Source: a virus (lineage: Duplodnaviria; Heunggongvirae; Uroviricota; Caudoviricetes). From it: DNA of 44,897 bases. Shown piece after piece: positions 19,484 to 30,161 of the stretch. The notes below the pieces were generated by a model. That model was not told where the DNA came from. It saw only the letters and a list, made by a program, of their open reading frames with translations, and did not search any database. Where the stretch lies: IMG/VR virus record IMGVR_UViG_2872688378_000003, one strand, 5' to 3'. The first letter of the stretch is position 1; every line of letters begins with the position of its first letter. The position numbers and the translations under genes were made by a program.

Positions 19484-19987
19484 TTAAATCTTCCAGGAAA
19501 TTTCTGCATTGCCGTTAGCATCACCGGCACCTGTGAATTCAGCGTTGGTCAGCACCACGTTTTTGCCACTGACTGACGTGGCCATGAATCCACCCAGCGG
19601 CACTTTGATGGATGCATCAGTGGAGACGACAACGTATACCGGGTCGCCTTTTTTGATGGTGCTGGCATCAAAATCAGAACCGAGATTAACGGTCACGTAG
19701 CCACGCTTCATTGCGTCGCCCGGGAAGTTCTTGCCACTCCCCACCTGGCGAACCATGTCCGGCTGCGAAGTGGTCGGATAAGGGCGCACATAGATCCCCT
19801 TCACCTTGTCTGCGGTATCACCATCTGCCAGCGGCACGAAAAAACCGTCATCATCGTATTTACCAGCCAGCCCATAGGCAGCGAAGGCGTTATCGGATTT
19901 AAGGACCACCGGTTCGACGGTTAAGTCCTGCGGGCGAGAGATAGCCCCGGCAATGCCAACAGGCATCCGGTACAGATATGCAGTCAT
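19484..19987 (-). CDS. Head decoration/cement-like protein (167 aa)
   Basis: ORF between protease/scaffold and capsid genes. Confidence 0.4.
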   Translation of the reverse strand: MTAYLYRMPVGIAGAISRPQDLTVEPVVLKSDNAFAAYGLAGKYDDDGFFVPLADGDTADKVKGIYVRPYPTTSQPDMVRQVGSGKNFPGDAMKRGYVTVNLGSDFDASTIKKGDPVYVVVSTDASIKVPLGGFMATSVSGKNVVLTNAEFTGAGDANGNAEISWKI

Positions 19988-19991
19988 TGGA

Positions 19992-21212
19992 TTATCCTTT
20001 GCGGTTAGACCAGAATTCGGCGTTTTGTTTGTTCAGGGAAGCGATGCTGGTCATGCCCATGTTTGGGCGCTGTGCATCGCCGGTGGTGGCGCGGGTGTTT
20101 CGCCCTTTGGCAATCTCAGACACGGCATTAAACGCCATGTCGACCGATTGTTTCGGCAATTTGCGGATATCCGCATCACCGACGATCTGGCGAACCAGCG
20201 TTTTATCTGCGGAAGACAGAACCTCGCGTTTGAACGCGGTAGGTTTCATCTTACGGCTCAGATCGATACCCGGGACGATAACTTCGGCACGCCAGGCTGA
20301 GTCACCAGTAATCGTGGTTTCCTCTTCATCGTCCTCGCCGTCACCGGTCGGATTATCGTCAGGCTTATTGTCGTTATCGCCCGTCGCATTTCCTTCCAGC
20401 TTAGCCAGCAGGGCTTTCAGTAATGTTTTGAGGTCATCATCACTGTCGCCGGTTGGACCTCCACCCATCTCTGGTGCTTTGTCCGGTAGTGGTTGCTGCG
20501 GGGACAGGTTGATGTTGAGATTAACGCCCTGCGGCAAATCCCCCTCATCTCCTGTAACCGATGCGGGAGCCGACTCCACCAGTTCGTTCATGGTGTCGGC
20601 ATCTCCTGTCTTGATGGCTGCACGCATGCGGTTCCACCAGTTTTTCTTTTGATTTGCCATTGTGTCTCTGTCTCCAATTGCACAACGATTTCCGGCTCTG
20701 CCTTTGGGGACAAGAGCCACATGGTTTCCGGTAATATCGACCTGCTCGGCTTTACCTGGCTCGGTCTGCTCGTACTCCGCGTCATAGCCGCACGACACTT
20801 CACGCAGGCCATCTTCGATAAGCTGAATGGCGCTTTCGTCTTTGACGATAAGGTCAGCCAGCATCAAATCAGACTGGTCACCAGTCCCGCGCCGCACATT
20901 CTGAAGGTGCCCGACAGCAAGCTCTTTCCAGTTCTCGGGATTTACCAGCCGCACATTCCCGTTTTCATCTTCAGGATGCAGGATCGTGATGCTCATCCCT
21001 TCGAATGAGGCGAGCGTGGCCGGATGGAATACCTGCTCAGGAGAACGCGTTACGACTATCTCACCGAGCTTGTCGGGTTTGAGGTTTGGCAGATCGGCAG
21101 AGCCGTAGAGCTGCTTACCCGTTCGACCTATCGGCACGTCTTTGCACAGCAGCGAGCCGTCAGCCAGCTGATAGCGGGTTTCCCCCAGCCTGGTATTGAA
21201 AAAATATTTCAT
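19992..21212 (-). CDS. Prohead protease / scaffold protein
   Basis: 406-aa ORF with acidic low-complexity stretch (...GDSDDDL...DDNPTGDGEDDEEETT...) typical of scaffold domains. Confidence 0.55.
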   Translation of the reverse strand: MKYFFNTRLGETRYQLADGSLLCKDVPIGRTGKQLYGSADLPNLKPDKLGEIVVTRSPEQVFHPATLASFEGMSITILHPEDENGNVRLVNPENWKELAVGHLQNVRRGTGDQSDLMLADLIVKDESAIQLIEDGLREVSCGYDAEYEQTEPGKAEQVDITGNHVALVPKGRAGNRCAIGDRDTMANQKKNWWNRMRAAIKTGDADTMNELVESAPASVTGDEGDLPQGVNLNINLSPQQPLPDKAPEMGGGPTGDSDDDLKTLLKALLAKLEGNATGDNDNKPDDNPTGDGEDDEEETTITGDSAWRAEVIVPGIDLSRKMKPTAFKREVLSSADKTLVRQIVGDADIRKLPKQSVDMAFNAVSEIAKGRNTRATTGDAQRPNMGMTSIASLNKQNAEFWSNRKG

Positions 21213-21226
21213 GGTTTACCTGCGAT

Positions 21227-22000
21227 TCAGGCGAGATAAGAATGAGGGTTGGGAAAAACGATTTCTTTATAACAGCGACAATTCGGGAGCTCGCCAGCGT
21301 GACCGGTCATGCCATCAAGCGTTGGAGGTTTGCCCCATTCGACAAACTTACCTTCCATCTCCCGATGAGAATGCCGGACGTCGCCATCTTCGGCTGTACG
21401 CCAGATATAACCATTCGAACCGATTGACAGCGCACGCGCCTGATCGAGCGCGCCGGTTGCGCGTCCAAGCTCGGTACGGGCGATAAGGTTCGCTCGTGAG
21501 CGTGACACGTCACCGGACGCAGCTATCTCTTTCGCGAATGGCTCAGCGCGGCCACCAGTCACAACAGCCTCGATGGCTTTGTTCTGAATGTCATATACCC
21601 GATCGGCGGCCTCAAGAGGCAGCGATTTGATGTACTTAATTTGCTCGATCACGATGGATTTCATCACCTGGCCTACCGGGGCGCGGTCGACCATGTTGCG
21701 CAGCTCTGCGCTGATGTTCCTGCTGTGCTGACGCCACTGCTTTTCATTCTGGCGCGCAATGTCGGCGGTAAAGTTCTCAGCAACCTTCGTCGCCCAGGGG
21801 GTGATGATTTCGCTGTAGCGCTCCAGCGCATCCATTATTTCGGTGACACTGTCATTTGAACCATCGTAGCGACCATTTACGATATCCCCGACCGCCCGCG
21901 CTATCTGCCGTAGGCTCGTTCGATATCGGATCTCCGCCTGGCGACTCTGGCGGTTTGTCGCCAAGTTCGCCGATGCCTGGCGGCGCTTCGTCTTCGGCAT
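21227..22000 (-). CDS. Head morphogenesis protein (Mu gpF-like)
   Basis: Follows portal; ORF-track start overlaps portal 3' end by about 150 nt; an internal ATG near 21835 would remove the overlap. Confidence 0.55.
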   Translation of the reverse strand: MPKTKRRQASANLATNRQSRQAEIRYRTSLRQIARAVGDIVNGRYDGSNDSVTEIMDALERYSEIITPWATKVAENFTADIARQNEKQWRQHSRNISAELRNMVDRAPVGQVMKSIVIEQIKYIKSLPLEAADRVYDIQNKAIEAVVTGGRAEPFAKEIAASGDVSRSRANLIARTELGRATGALDQARALSIGSNGYIWRTAEDGDVRHSHREMEGKFVEWGKPPTLDGMTGHAGELPNCRCYKEIVFPNPHSYLA

Positions 22001-23318
22001 TCTCTATGTCCTCGTCGGTAATGGATGCCCCGATGCCGGTTACGTCAGAATTTTCGCGCAAATCGGTCATAGCGGCTTTCAGTGTCATCAGACCATCACC
22101 CAGCGCCGTACTGATTGCGTTGGTAGTGTTTAACGCCACCGTTGAGCGATCGACATCAGACATTTGCCAGAGCGGGTTAAACTCAAACGTGAAATCGTCC
22201 GGCAGCGGCTTACCGAGTTCCGAGCGGTGCATAATGTCCAGTATCCGGCGCATCGGCATCCGTAAGCGGCGCTCCTGCAATGAGCTCACCCGGTCGTAAT
22301 AGTTGGCAAGATCTGCATCACCGGTGGAAAATCCTTTCGGGGACTGTCCGAACAACCGCACCAGTGGAATACCAACAGCGCCACTAATCTGTTCTGCAAA
22401 CTGCGATAGGATGTCATCCAGACCACTGAAGCTGTACTGATGCGTTTCAAACTTATCCCGCGAGTCCATGAGCGTCATGCCTTCATTGCTCTGGAACTGG
22501 CGGATCAGGTCGATGTTCTTCAGCAACGCTTCGAAAGCTGGGCCACCAAGCGCGATAATCTCGCGCAGCTTCTCCACGCTGTAGGTGCGCAGATGCGCTT
22601 TGTAGACCAGCTGAGCCGCGCCGACAGTGGCGCTGTCGAACGCAGTAAGCCGATCCCAGATTCGCTCTACAACCGACATTCCCCATTCGTTTTCGGTCAT
22701 CTTCTGCTGGAATGGCAGCGTCACCCCGTCGAAGCGAATCAGGCGGCTGTGATGGATGCGCCAGGCAGGAATTCCCGTTGCAGTGGTCACCACGTCGTAA
22801 AACTCAGGTTTACCCAGGTCCGGCCCCATCTCTTTAATGCGGCGGGTCAGCACCGGGTTAATCATCCAGCGGTCGAGCGGGAGAATCCCCTTAAACTTGC
22901 CCTTACCGATGGTTTCGGGTCGCAGCGGGGTCATTGGTGCCTGCCCCTCAATCATGATGAAACCCACCGCGCCGCCGTAGAGGCGCGACCATTTCAGCAC
23001 GTCATTCAGCGCATCCCAGATTTGCAACTCATCCAGTTGTGATTCGAGAATGCCACGATCTTTTGCATCAATTTCCGAAGTGATGCGAATGCCTTTGCGG
23101 GTCATATCATCCGGGATAGCATCGACTGCTTCGCCGATGATCCAGGATGAACGATAGGACCATTCCACCAGCATGCGGTTACGACTGGTGAAATTAGCCC
23201 GGTAGGTGGATGCTGAGTGCTGGTTAGGTGTCTGCATCCCTACGCGGGCAATAAAATTCTCATAACCATCAGCTGTGGCCTGCGCAGTTCGCCGCAGGGC
23301 TTGTTTGTTTCGTGCCAT
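21852..23318 (-). CDS. Portal protein
   Basis: 488-aa ORF immediately downstream of terminase large subunit. Confidence 0.75.
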   Translation of the reverse strand: MARNKQALRRTAQATADGYENFIARVGMQTPNQHSASTYRANFTSRNRMLVEWSYRSSWIIGEAVDAIPDDMTRKGIRITSEIDAKDRGILESQLDELQIWDALNDVLKWSRLYGGAVGFIMIEGQAPMTPLRPETIGKGKFKGILPLDRWMINPVLTRRIKEMGPDLGKPEFYDVVTTATGIPAWRIHHSRLIRFDGVTLPFQQKMTENEWGMSVVERIWDRLTAFDSATVGAAQLVYKAHLRTYSVEKLREIIALGGPAFEALLKNIDLIRQFQSNEGMTLMDSRDKFETHQYSFSGLDDILSQFAEQISGAVGIPLVRLFGQSPKGFSTGDADLANYYDRVSSLQERRLRMPMRRILDIMHRSELGKPLPDDFTFEFNPLWQMSDVDRSTVALNTTNAISTALGDGLMTLKAAMTDLRENSDVTGIGASITDEDIENAEDEAPPGIGELGDKPPESPGGDPISNEPTADSAGGRGYRKWSLRWFK

Positions 23319-24940
23319 CAGGCCTGTCTCCCTAGCAGCTCCCAGATGTTCAGGGCTGAATTCATTGGCGCGTAGCTGATCATCACCGAGTCGGCAAGGT
23401 TTGGCGACCGGGTTCCATCAGGCTGTTTATCAATAACGATTTTTCCCACACCATTAATTGAATAGGTCGGCTGCGAAAGCTCGATGATGAGTTTATCTTT
23501 GAGTGCCATGCTACTGCTGATTGATATGATTTCGTCCGGGTTGTAAGCCATACCTTCAACCACGGCGCGCCAGGTATTCTGAAAAAGTTTACGTAACCGC
23601 CACCAGCTCTGGGCTTTGGCGTTAGCGAAGAAGTCCTTGTTCAGACGTGCGGCTTGCCCGTTGTCCCCGCGAACAGCTTCATCATCCGGATCAAATACCG
23701 CGCCACTACCTCGAAACGGTGTGGCGAGTATTGACGGTCGACGCGCAGCGTTACGCAGTTCGTTGATAGCGCGCGCATCGCCGCGAACGCCAGCGCCCAG
23801 CCCGTCCTCGTCAAAGCGAAACTCTTCGAGGTTGTCCTGTTCGCAAAAGCCGAAAACCTTCTCGACGGACTGATAAATGTCGCTGCCCACACCGGACCAT
23901 TCCCGCACGTTCTCCAGGAGGAAGCCGTGACGGGTCGAAAAGGCGTTTTTGTCCCGGCCTTCGTCGGCGACGTCCATCGCGCCCAGTCGCTTGCCTGTTG
24001 GCTGGATGCCCAGCTTGATATGCGCGTCGACAGCAGCCTGTACCCAGTCGGATGGGATCAGGACGCCTTCCGCTGATGCGCTGTAGTTCAGATCAAGTTC
24101 CTGTGCCACCACCACCGGATTATCGATTTTCTCGCATTCCCTGCGATACCACTCTTCATCCTTGCGAGGATCATCCCGCCAGTGGAATGTGAATACCGGT
24201 ATCTTCCCGCCATGACGCTTCTGAGCGAACGGGTTAGCCATGCCGTTAACTGAACTCAGGTCGATACGGCAACGCGTCGTTTGTGACAACGCCGCATCAA
24301 TCAGCAGAGGACGCTGAAGGAATGCAGCCTCATCAACCAGATAAAGCGTGGTACGGTCACCACGACCAATATTATCGCCAGCCTCGCCTTTGATAACGGC
24401 ACCAGTTTCAGGAAACTCAACACGCATATATGGCGCGTGCTTCTTCTCGCTCCACGAACCGCGAAACTCTACAGGCAGTGTTTCCACGAACTTGCGCGCC
24501 TTCCAGAACAATGCTTTCGGGTCACCGGTGCTGTCGACGTATTCCTCTTTACGGGAGCCGAAACCGATAACCATTTCTTTGTTGAAGAGACAAAGCGAGC
24601 AGGCCAGTCCGATCGCGGTCCAACTGAGCCCCATTTCACGGGATTTTTCGGTAATACCATTCTCCCGATTGCCCCAGCGTTCCATAATCCAGTGGATCCA
24701 CTCCTCCTGCTTAGGGAAGAGTAAAAACGGAATGGTCACCGGCAGGCCATAATCAATATTACGCGGGTCCGTTGTCATGCCCCAGTCGATGATGAACTGA
24801 GCCGGATTGGTTCGGTAAAACTGTTTTAGTGCAGGCAATATTTCAGGATTCTGGCGAATGCGCTGTAGGCGTTCCATCCGCCATTCAAAAACCATCTGGT
24901 AATCAGGATGTTTAAAATCGAAGGGAAATGGTAACGGCAT
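23318..24940 (-). CDS. Terminase large subunit
   Basis: 540-aa ORF after small terminase gene; ATPase-like N-terminal half and nuclease-like C-terminal half. Confidence 0.8.
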   Translation of the reverse strand: MPLPFPFDFKHPDYQMVFEWRMERLQRIRQNPEILPALKQFYRTNPAQFIIDWGMTTDPRNIDYGLPVTIPFLLFPKQEEWIHWIMERWGNRENGITEKSREMGLSWTAIGLACSLCLFNKEMVIGFGSRKEEYVDSTGDPKALFWKARKFVETLPVEFRGSWSEKKHAPYMRVEFPETGAVIKGEAGDNIGRGDRTTLYLVDEAAFLQRPLLIDAALSQTTRCRIDLSSVNGMANPFAQKRHGGKIPVFTFHWRDDPRKDEEWYRRECEKIDNPVVVAQELDLNYSASAEGVLIPSDWVQAAVDAHIKLGIQPTGKRLGAMDVADEGRDKNAFSTRHGFLLENVREWSGVGSDIYQSVEKVFGFCEQDNLEEFRFDEDGLGAGVRGDARAINELRNAARRPSILATPFRGSGAVFDPDDEAVRGDNGQAARLNKDFFANAKAQSWWRLRKLFQNTWRAVVEGMAYNPDEIISISSSMALKDKLIIELSQPTYSINGVGKIVIDKQPDGTRSPNLADSVMISYAPMNSALNIWELLGRQA

Positions 24941-24942
24941 AC

Positions 24943-25494
24943 TTAGCCCATCATTTTTTTATACGCTTCTGCAGCCTGCTCCGGCGTTAAGTTGGTAATT
25001 TCTGTTCTGACTGGTCCTCCGTCAGCACCAGTCACTTCATTTTTGACGTTGTCTTTAAACGCCTGAACAGAAACATGACGCCCAAGCAATTCAAGATTTT
25101 TAACCTTATCAGGCCATTTGATTTTCTTCAGAAGTGCGGCGCTATCTGCAGATACCATCTCCACGACATCCATTCCTGATAGCGTTGTGCGCCATACCTT
25201 AGGCCAGTCTTTGATGGGTTTTAGCTCACCGTTTTGCAGGAGAATGTCAAGCACATCCATCTGGTCGATTTCAATAAGGCGATTAAGTACATATTCTGCA
25301 TTAATACCAACAAGATCATTGCGTTGCGCTTTCAGTTCGGCGATTCTTAACTTGATGTCAGGTTTTGACAGGTTTTCGGATGCGGTACGGTTAGCTGTCT
25401 TTGCGCTGTACCCCGCCCGAATAGCCGCTTGCGTGGCGTTTAAATCGATGAGGTACTCGCGACAGAACATTTCTTGCTTGTCGGTGAGTGCCAT
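24943..25494 (-). CDS. Terminase small subunit
   Basis: 183-aa ORF starting [30 protein letters not shown], the conserved HTH N-terminus of P27-type small terminases. Confidence 0.75.
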   Translation of the reverse strand: MALTDKQEMFCREYLIDLNATQAAIRAGYSAKTANRTASENLSKPDIKLRIAELKAQRNDLVGINAEYVLNRLIEIDQMDVLDILLQNGELKPIKDWPKVWRTTLSGMDVVEMVSADSAALLKKIKWPDKVKNLELLGRHVSVQAFKDNVKNEVTGADGGPVRTEITNLTPEQAAEAYKKMMG

Positions 25495-25516
25495 AAATTA
25501 CCTTTAAGGATTTCAC

Positions 25517-25735
25517 ATGAGTGATGAATACAAACAGAAAATCGGCATTCCAGATGACCATACACTGGAGCTTGTCTCTTCTAACTGGAAAGGAGCTCGA
25601 AAAGGTCAGGATACCGATGAATACCTTTACCGTGAGTTGGACGCTGCGGGAAATGTAGTGGCCACTTATGAAATTAAAGATTCAACTTCTATATATCCAC
25701 CATTCGGAAGATCTATCTCTTATAAGAAGGTCTAA
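25517..25735 (+). CDS. Hypothetical protein, opposite strand to late operon (72 aa)
   Basis: ATG with SD AAGGA 8 nt upstream; divergent from terS with only 22 bp between starts. Confidence 0.4.
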   Translation: MSDEYKQKIGIPDDHTLELVSSNWKGARKGQDTDEYLYRELDAAGNVVATYEIKDSTSIYPPFGRSISYKKV

Positions 25736-26226
25736 GCAACCAACTGACCAGCATGGCATTTCCGATTGAACATTTACACGTCCAGGATAATGCCATGTCT
25801 ATTCCACAGTTCTATCGTCACCTACCGATATTGGCGTGAACTACACGCACTTGACATCAGCAGGAGCGAAGTACGCCCCCTCCCGTCTAGGTCGCCAGCG
25901 GCACAAAGCCATTAACCAGCTCAGGCTGACGTCGTGGCATCTTGCCCGTTTACTCGCCGCCGTCGTTCGTATTCAGTTTGATGATGTAGATGTCGGACAT
26001 TGAGAGCCTCTTTATCCGCTTGTGGGGATATCAGTTAAGTTATCCCGTGTAGGGTATAAGCCATTGTCGAGACCACTCATTGAATGGCCTCTGCAATAAC
26101 CGATGTCTTTCCATCAGTCCGCCACCACAAAGAATCTTTTTTGCCATCAGGCAGGAGGTTCATCTTTCAGTGGCTGCCAGTGTTATTTCCCCACTTACTG
26201 GCTTGGGTTGCTTCGCGGTACTGCCG

Positions 26227-26832
26227 TTAATTAGTGAGCCCGGGGATTACGGTTTGCCCGTGCTGTTCAAGGCGTTCAATTCTCGCCAGTAGCTGAGGCT
26301 TCTTAATTTTTCCCCAGCGATTGAGCAGGCGGCCAGACATACTGGCGACATCCTTCTCTTTCATATACTCCAGCATTATGGCGTTGCGTTCTGCTTCATA
26401 ACTTTCGCTGTACTTACGGAGTTCTGCTGACATCCAGTTAAAGGCATTTATATAGGCCTCTTTAACAGCGTCGGCTTTTGCGCCATTAAATCCCATGACC
26501 AGCATAACGAAGCCACTAAAGTCCATGCGGTAGTAAATCTGTTTCTTGTCGAAAATCCCTAAGTCATTGATTTTTTCGGCAACGCAAAAATGCGCTCTCC
26601 GGAAATCTTCAGAGCAATGACAATTTTTCAGCGCCCTCAATACGTCCGCATGACGCTTACCAAATGCCTTTGCGATCTGGAAGGTGTCAGTTACCGGTTG
26701 ACCTTCTGCTGCGGTAACTAACTGGCGAAAGTCAAAGTCATGATTCACAATTAATTCATTCATGGCGTTACCTGCTACTTCGAAATGAACCTTTGCCGCA
26801 CAGGAAACCAGCCCACCGAGGCTCGCCAGCAC
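26227..26832 (-). CDS. Rha-family phage regulatory protein (antirepressor-like)
   Basis: Sequence MNELIVNHDFDFRQLVTAAEGQPVTDTFQIAKAFGKRHADVLRAL matches the Rha domain N-terminus as recalled; likely true start at 26763. Confidence 0.6.
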   Translation of the reverse strand: MLASLGGLVSCAAKVHFEVAGNAMNELIVNHDFDFRQLVTAAEGQPVTDTFQIAKAFGKRHADVLRALKNCHCSEDFRRAHFCVAEKINDLGIFDKKQIYYRMDFSGFVMLVMGFNGAKADAVKEAYINAFNWMSAELRKYSESYEAERNAIMLEYMKEKDVASMSGRLLNRWGKIKKPQLLARIERLEQHGQTVIPGLTN

Positions 26833-26910
26833 TAACTGGTATCCTCAAAGGCCCATTCCAAAGGGTCAGGTTCGGTGGTTATTGTGCGCTGCGGTGCGCG
26901 GTGAAATACC

Positions 26911-26939
26911 TATACAAAAACGCCCCGCATCTGCGAGGC
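26911..26939 (-). terminator. Putative terminator downstream of the lysis cassette
   Basis: Minus-strand hairpin GCCTCGCAGATGCGGGGCG (one mismatch in stem) followed by TTTTTGTATAG. Confidence 0.45.
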
Positions 26940-26981
26940 ATTTTCCTGAAAGTCACTTGTTAAATTTCAGTGAAATTAAAA

Positions 26982-27419
26982 TTATTTTAAGCACTGCGTC
27001 CTAATGTACTCCTGCAAGTAGTTAACCTGCGCGGTTATCCTGTCGATTCCACTTCGGAGACGGTAATAATTGAGTTCAGCATCTGCTGTAAGTCTTGGGC
27101 TTTCTCCATCGCCCATGCTGCTGGCTCCGGTCGTTGACTTTGCACAGGTGGCGGCGACTTGCAGGCGCTTACGCCCAGCAGAAACATCAGCACGGAGACT
27201 TTCGATAGTCGCGTTAGCATCAGCAAGCTCCTTTGTATATCTGGTGTCGAGTTCTGTTACGTCACGTTGACGCTTTTGCATGTCAGCGATGATGGATGCG
27301 GCCTTATCGCGCTGTTCTTTGTAGGCGATGGCGTTATCACGGTAATGATTAACAGCCCATAACAGGCAGACGATGATGCAGATAACCAGAGCGGAGATAA
27401 TCGCGGTTACTCTGCTCAT
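26982..27419 (-). CDS. Rz: Spanin inner-membrane subunit Rz
   Basis: Translation [19 protein letters not shown]... matches lambda Rz N-terminal TM region; follows R. Confidence 0.85.
   Translation of the reverse strand: MSRVTAIISALVICIIVCLLWAVNHYRDNAIAYKEQRDKAASIIADMQKRQRDVTELDTRYTKELADANATIESLRADVSAGRKRLQVAATCAKSTTGASSMGDGESPRLTADAELNYYRLRSGIDRITAQVNYLQEYIRTQCLK
27035..27226 (-). CDS. Rz1: Spanin outer-membrane lipoprotein Rz1 (embedded in Rz, +1 frame)
   Basis: Embedded ORF with lipobox LGVSAC and proline-rich segment, as in lambda Rz1. Confidence 0.75.
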   Translation of the reverse strand: MLMLTRLSKVSVLMFLLGVSACKSPPPVQSQRPEPAAWAMEKAQDLQQMLNSIITVSEVESTG

Positions 27420-27892
27420 ACCTCAATCTCTCTGACCGTTCCGCCTGCTTCTTTGAATTTTGCAATCAGGCTGTCAGCCTTATGCTCGAACTGACCATAA
27501 CCAGCCCCCGGAAGTGAAGCCCAGATATTACTGCAACGGTCGATTGCCTGACGGATATCACCGCGATCAATCATCGGCAAAGCGCCACGCTCCTTAATCT
27601 GCTGCAGCGCAACAGCGTCCTGGCTTTTGGGAGAGAAGTCTTTCAGGCCAAGCTGCTTACGATAGGCATCCCACCAACGGGAAAGAAGCTGGTAACGTCC
27701 GGCTGCTGTTGATTTGAGTTTGGGGTTTAGCGTGACAAGTTTGCGAGGGTGATCTGAGTAATCAGTGAATAGCTCTCCGCCAACAATGACGTCATAACCA
27801 TGATTTCTGGTTTTCTGACGTCCGTTATCAGTTCCCTCTGACCACGCCAGCATATCGAGGAACGCCTTACGTTGATTATTGATTTCCACCAT
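27416..27892 (-). CDS. R: Endolysin R (lytic transglycosylase)
   Basis: 158-aa translation [39 protein letters not shown]... essentially identical to lambda R as recalled. Confidence 0.9.
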   Translation of the reverse strand: MVEINNQRKAFLDMLAWSEGTDNGRQKTRNHGYDVIVGGELFTDYSDHPRKLVTLNPKLKSTAAGRYQLLSRWWDAYRKQLGLKDFSPKSQDAVALQQIKERGALPMIDRGDIRQAIDRCSNIWASLPGAGYGQFEHKADSLIAKFKEAGGTVREIEV

Positions 27893-28199
27893 CTTCTACT
27901 CCGGCTTTTTTAGCAGCGAAGCGTTTGATAAGCGAACCAATCGAGTCAGTACCGATGTAGCCGATGAACACGCTCGTTATATAAGCGAGATTGCTACTTA
28001 GTCCGGCGAAGTCGAGAAGGTCACGAATGAACCAGGCGATAATGGCGCACATCGTTGCGTCGATTACTGTTTTTGTAAACGCACCGCCATTATATCTGCC
28101 GCGAAGGTACGCCATTGCAAACGCAAGGATTGCCCCGATGCCTTGTTCCTTTGCCGCGAGAATGGCGGCTAACAGGTCATGTTTTTCTGGCATCTTCAT
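27876..28199 (-). CDS. S: Holin S (S107/S105 dual-start)
   Basis: Translation [20 protein letters not shown]... matches lambda S including the Met-Lys-Met dual start. Confidence 0.9.
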   Translation of the reverse strand: MKMPEKHDLLAAILAAKEQGIGAILAFAMAYLRGRYNGGAFTKTVIDATMCAIIAWFIRDLLDFAGLSSNLAYITSVFIGYIGTDSIGSLIKRFAAKKAGVEDGGNQ

Positions 28200-28603
28200 G
28201 TCTTACCCCCAATAAGGGGATTTGCTCTATTTAATTAGGAATAAGGTCGATTACTGATAGAACAAATCCAGGCTACTGTGTTTAGTAATCAGATTTGTTC
28301 GTGACCGATATGCACGGGCAAAACGGCAGGAGGTTGTTAGCGCGACCTCCTGCCACCCGCTTTCACGAAGGTCATGTGTAAAAGGCCGCAGCGTAACTAT
28401 TACTAATGAATTCAGGACAGACAGTGGCTACGGCTCAGTTTGGGTTGTGCTGTTGCTGGGCGGCGATGACGCCTGTACGCATTTGGTGATCCGGTTCTGC
28501 TTCCGGTATTCGCTTAATTCAGCACAACGGAAAGAGCACTGGCTAACCAGGCTCGCCGACTCTTCACGATTATCGACTCAATGCTCTTACCTGTTGTGCA
28601 GAT

Positions 28604-28660
28604 ATAAAAAATCCCGAAACCGTTATGCAGGCTCTAACTATTACCTGCGAACTGTTTCGG
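28604..28660 (-). terminator. tR'-like terminator (end of short late leader / 6S RNA)
   Basis: Minus-strand sequence CCCGAAACAGTTCGCAGGTAATAGTTAGAGCCTGCATAACGGTTTCGGGATTTTTT matches lambda tR' as recalled. Confidence 0.7.
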
Positions 28661-28804
28661 GATTGCATTTTGCAGACCTCTCTGCCTGCGATGGTTGGAG
28701 TTCCAGACGATACGTCGAAGTGACCAACTAGGCGGAATCGGTAGTAAGCGCCGCCTCTTTTCATCTCACTACCACAACGAGCGAATTAACCCATCGTTGA
28801 GTCA

Positions 28805-28833
28805 AATTTACCCAATTTTATTCAATAAGTCAA
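28805..28833 (-). promoter_or_regulatory. Late promoter pR' with qut region
   Basis: Minus strand TTGACTTATTGAATAAAATTGGGTAAATTTGACTC matches lambda pR' (-35 TTGACT, -10 TAAATT) as recalled. Confidence 0.75.
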
Positions 28834-28875
28834 TATCATGCCGTTAATATGTTGCCATCCGTGGCAATCATGCTG

Positions 28876-29499
28876 CTAACGTGTGACCGCATTCAAAATG
28901 TTGTCTGCGATTGACTCTTCTTTGTGGCATTGCACCACCAGAGCGTCATACAGCGGCTTAACAGTGCGTGACCAGGTGGGTTGGGTAAGGTTTGGGATTA
29001 GCATCGTCACAGCGCGATATGCTGCGCTTGCTGGCATCCTTGAATAGCCGACGCCTTTGCATCTTCCGCACTCTTTCTCGACAACTCTCCCCCACAGCTC
29101 TGTTTTGGCAATATCAACCGCACGGCCTGTACCATGGCAATCTCTGCATCTTGCCCCCGGCGTCGCGGCACTACGGCAATAATCCGCATAAGCGAATGTT
29201 GCGAGCACTTGCAGTACCTTTGCCTTAGTATTTCCTTCAAGCTTTGCCACACCACGGTATTTCCCCGATACCTTGTGTGCAAATTGCATCAGATAGTTGA
29301 TAGCCTTTTGTTTGTCATTCTGGCTGAGTTCGTGCTTACCACAGAATGCAGCCATTCCGAATCCGGCTTGTGATTGCGCCATCCCCATAGCAGCCATCAC
29401 ATCAGTACCGGAAAGAGAGTCAGAAGCCGTGGCCCGTGGTGAGTCGCTCATCATCGGGCTTTTTGGCGAATGAAATTTAGCCACGCTTTCGAGTCTCAT
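28876..29499 (-). CDS. Q: Late antiterminator Q
   Basis: 207-aa translation matches lambda Q from memory; zinc-binding Cys cluster (CRDCHGTG...CGRCKG). Confidence 0.9.
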   Translation of the reverse strand: MRLESVAKFHSPKSPMMSDSPRATASDSLSGTDVMAAMGMAQSQAGFGMAAFCGKHELSQNDKQKAINYLMQFAHKVSGKYRGVAKLEGNTKAKVLQVLATFAYADYCRSAATPGARCRDCHGTGRAVDIAKTELWGRVVEKECGRCKGVGYSRMPASAAYRAVTMLIPNLTQPTWSRTVKPLYDALVVQCHKEESIADNILNAVTR

Positions 29500-30161
29500 G
29501 CGCCGTCTCCCTGTACCTGAATCAATGTGAGATTTCCGCAGAACACTGCGCCAGTATCGATATACATCTGGTTGGCAAATTTGAGTGGTTTCACTGCTGG
29601 CGTATGACCAAAGATGAACGTGTCCGCGCCTTTGATTTCTTTCACGATCCCGTCTTGTGAGTTGCTGATTCGTTCGCGGTTCCAGATTACCTGCTGATGA
29701 TCAACTGGCTTTCCAAACTCGTATTCGTCACAAGGATAATCGGCGTGGCAGATGACATATTTTTTATCTTTGCTCACCAGTTCGATGATTAACGGAAGTT
29801 CATCTGCTTTATGGGCAAGAGCTTTAGCCAGAATTTCTTTGTCGTAATCGAGATTAAAGAACCAGCCACCGCCATTAAGCAGCCAGTGATTAACGTTTCC
29901 ACGCTCTGATAAGCCATCAATCATCATTTGCTCATGGTTTCCACGTACAGCTCTGAACCAGGGGAATGTGATTAATTCCTGGCATTCGACGTTCTCTGTA
30001 CCGCGATCGACCAAATCGCCAACCGAGATAAGCAGGTCTTTTTTGGTGTCGAATCCTATCGTCTCCAGTTTTTTCATCAGGTTCGTGTAGCATCCGTGCA
30101 GATCGCCAACTACCCAAATATTTCGGTATTTGCTGCCATCAATTCTTTCGTAGATATTCAT
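29496..30161 (-). CDS. ninI: Ser/Thr protein phosphatase NinI (lambda ORF221)
   Basis: 221 aa with metallophosphatase motifs GDLHG...GDLVDRG...GNHE. Confidence 0.9.
   Translation of the reverse strand: MNIYERIDGSKYRNIWVVGDLHGCYTNLMKKLETIGFDTKKDLLISVGDLVDRGTENVECQELITFPWFRAVRGNHEQMMIDGLSERGNVNHWLLNGGGWFFNLDYDKEILAKALAHKADELPLIIELVSKDKKYVICHADYPCDEYEFGKPVDHQQVIWNRERISNSQDGIVKEIKGADTFIFGHTPAVKPLKFANQMYIDTGAVFCGNLTLIQVQGDGA

Noticed and set aside
19978-20652. 224-aa Ser-rich plus-strand ORF inside the protease/scaffold gene
   Set aside because: Antisense to a structural gene with good context; the Ser-rich translation is the reverse frame of the acidic/Gly-rich scaffold region.
22440-23042. 200-aa plus-strand ORF inside the portal gene
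   Set aside because: Shadow ORF antisense to portal; no independent start context.
25740-26226. Possible tRNA gene or 16-aa ORF (MSDIYIIKLNTNDGGE) in the ORF-free stretch
   Set aside because: No tRNA T-loop or acceptor-stem signature found by eye; the 16-aa ORF is too short to support without expression evidence.
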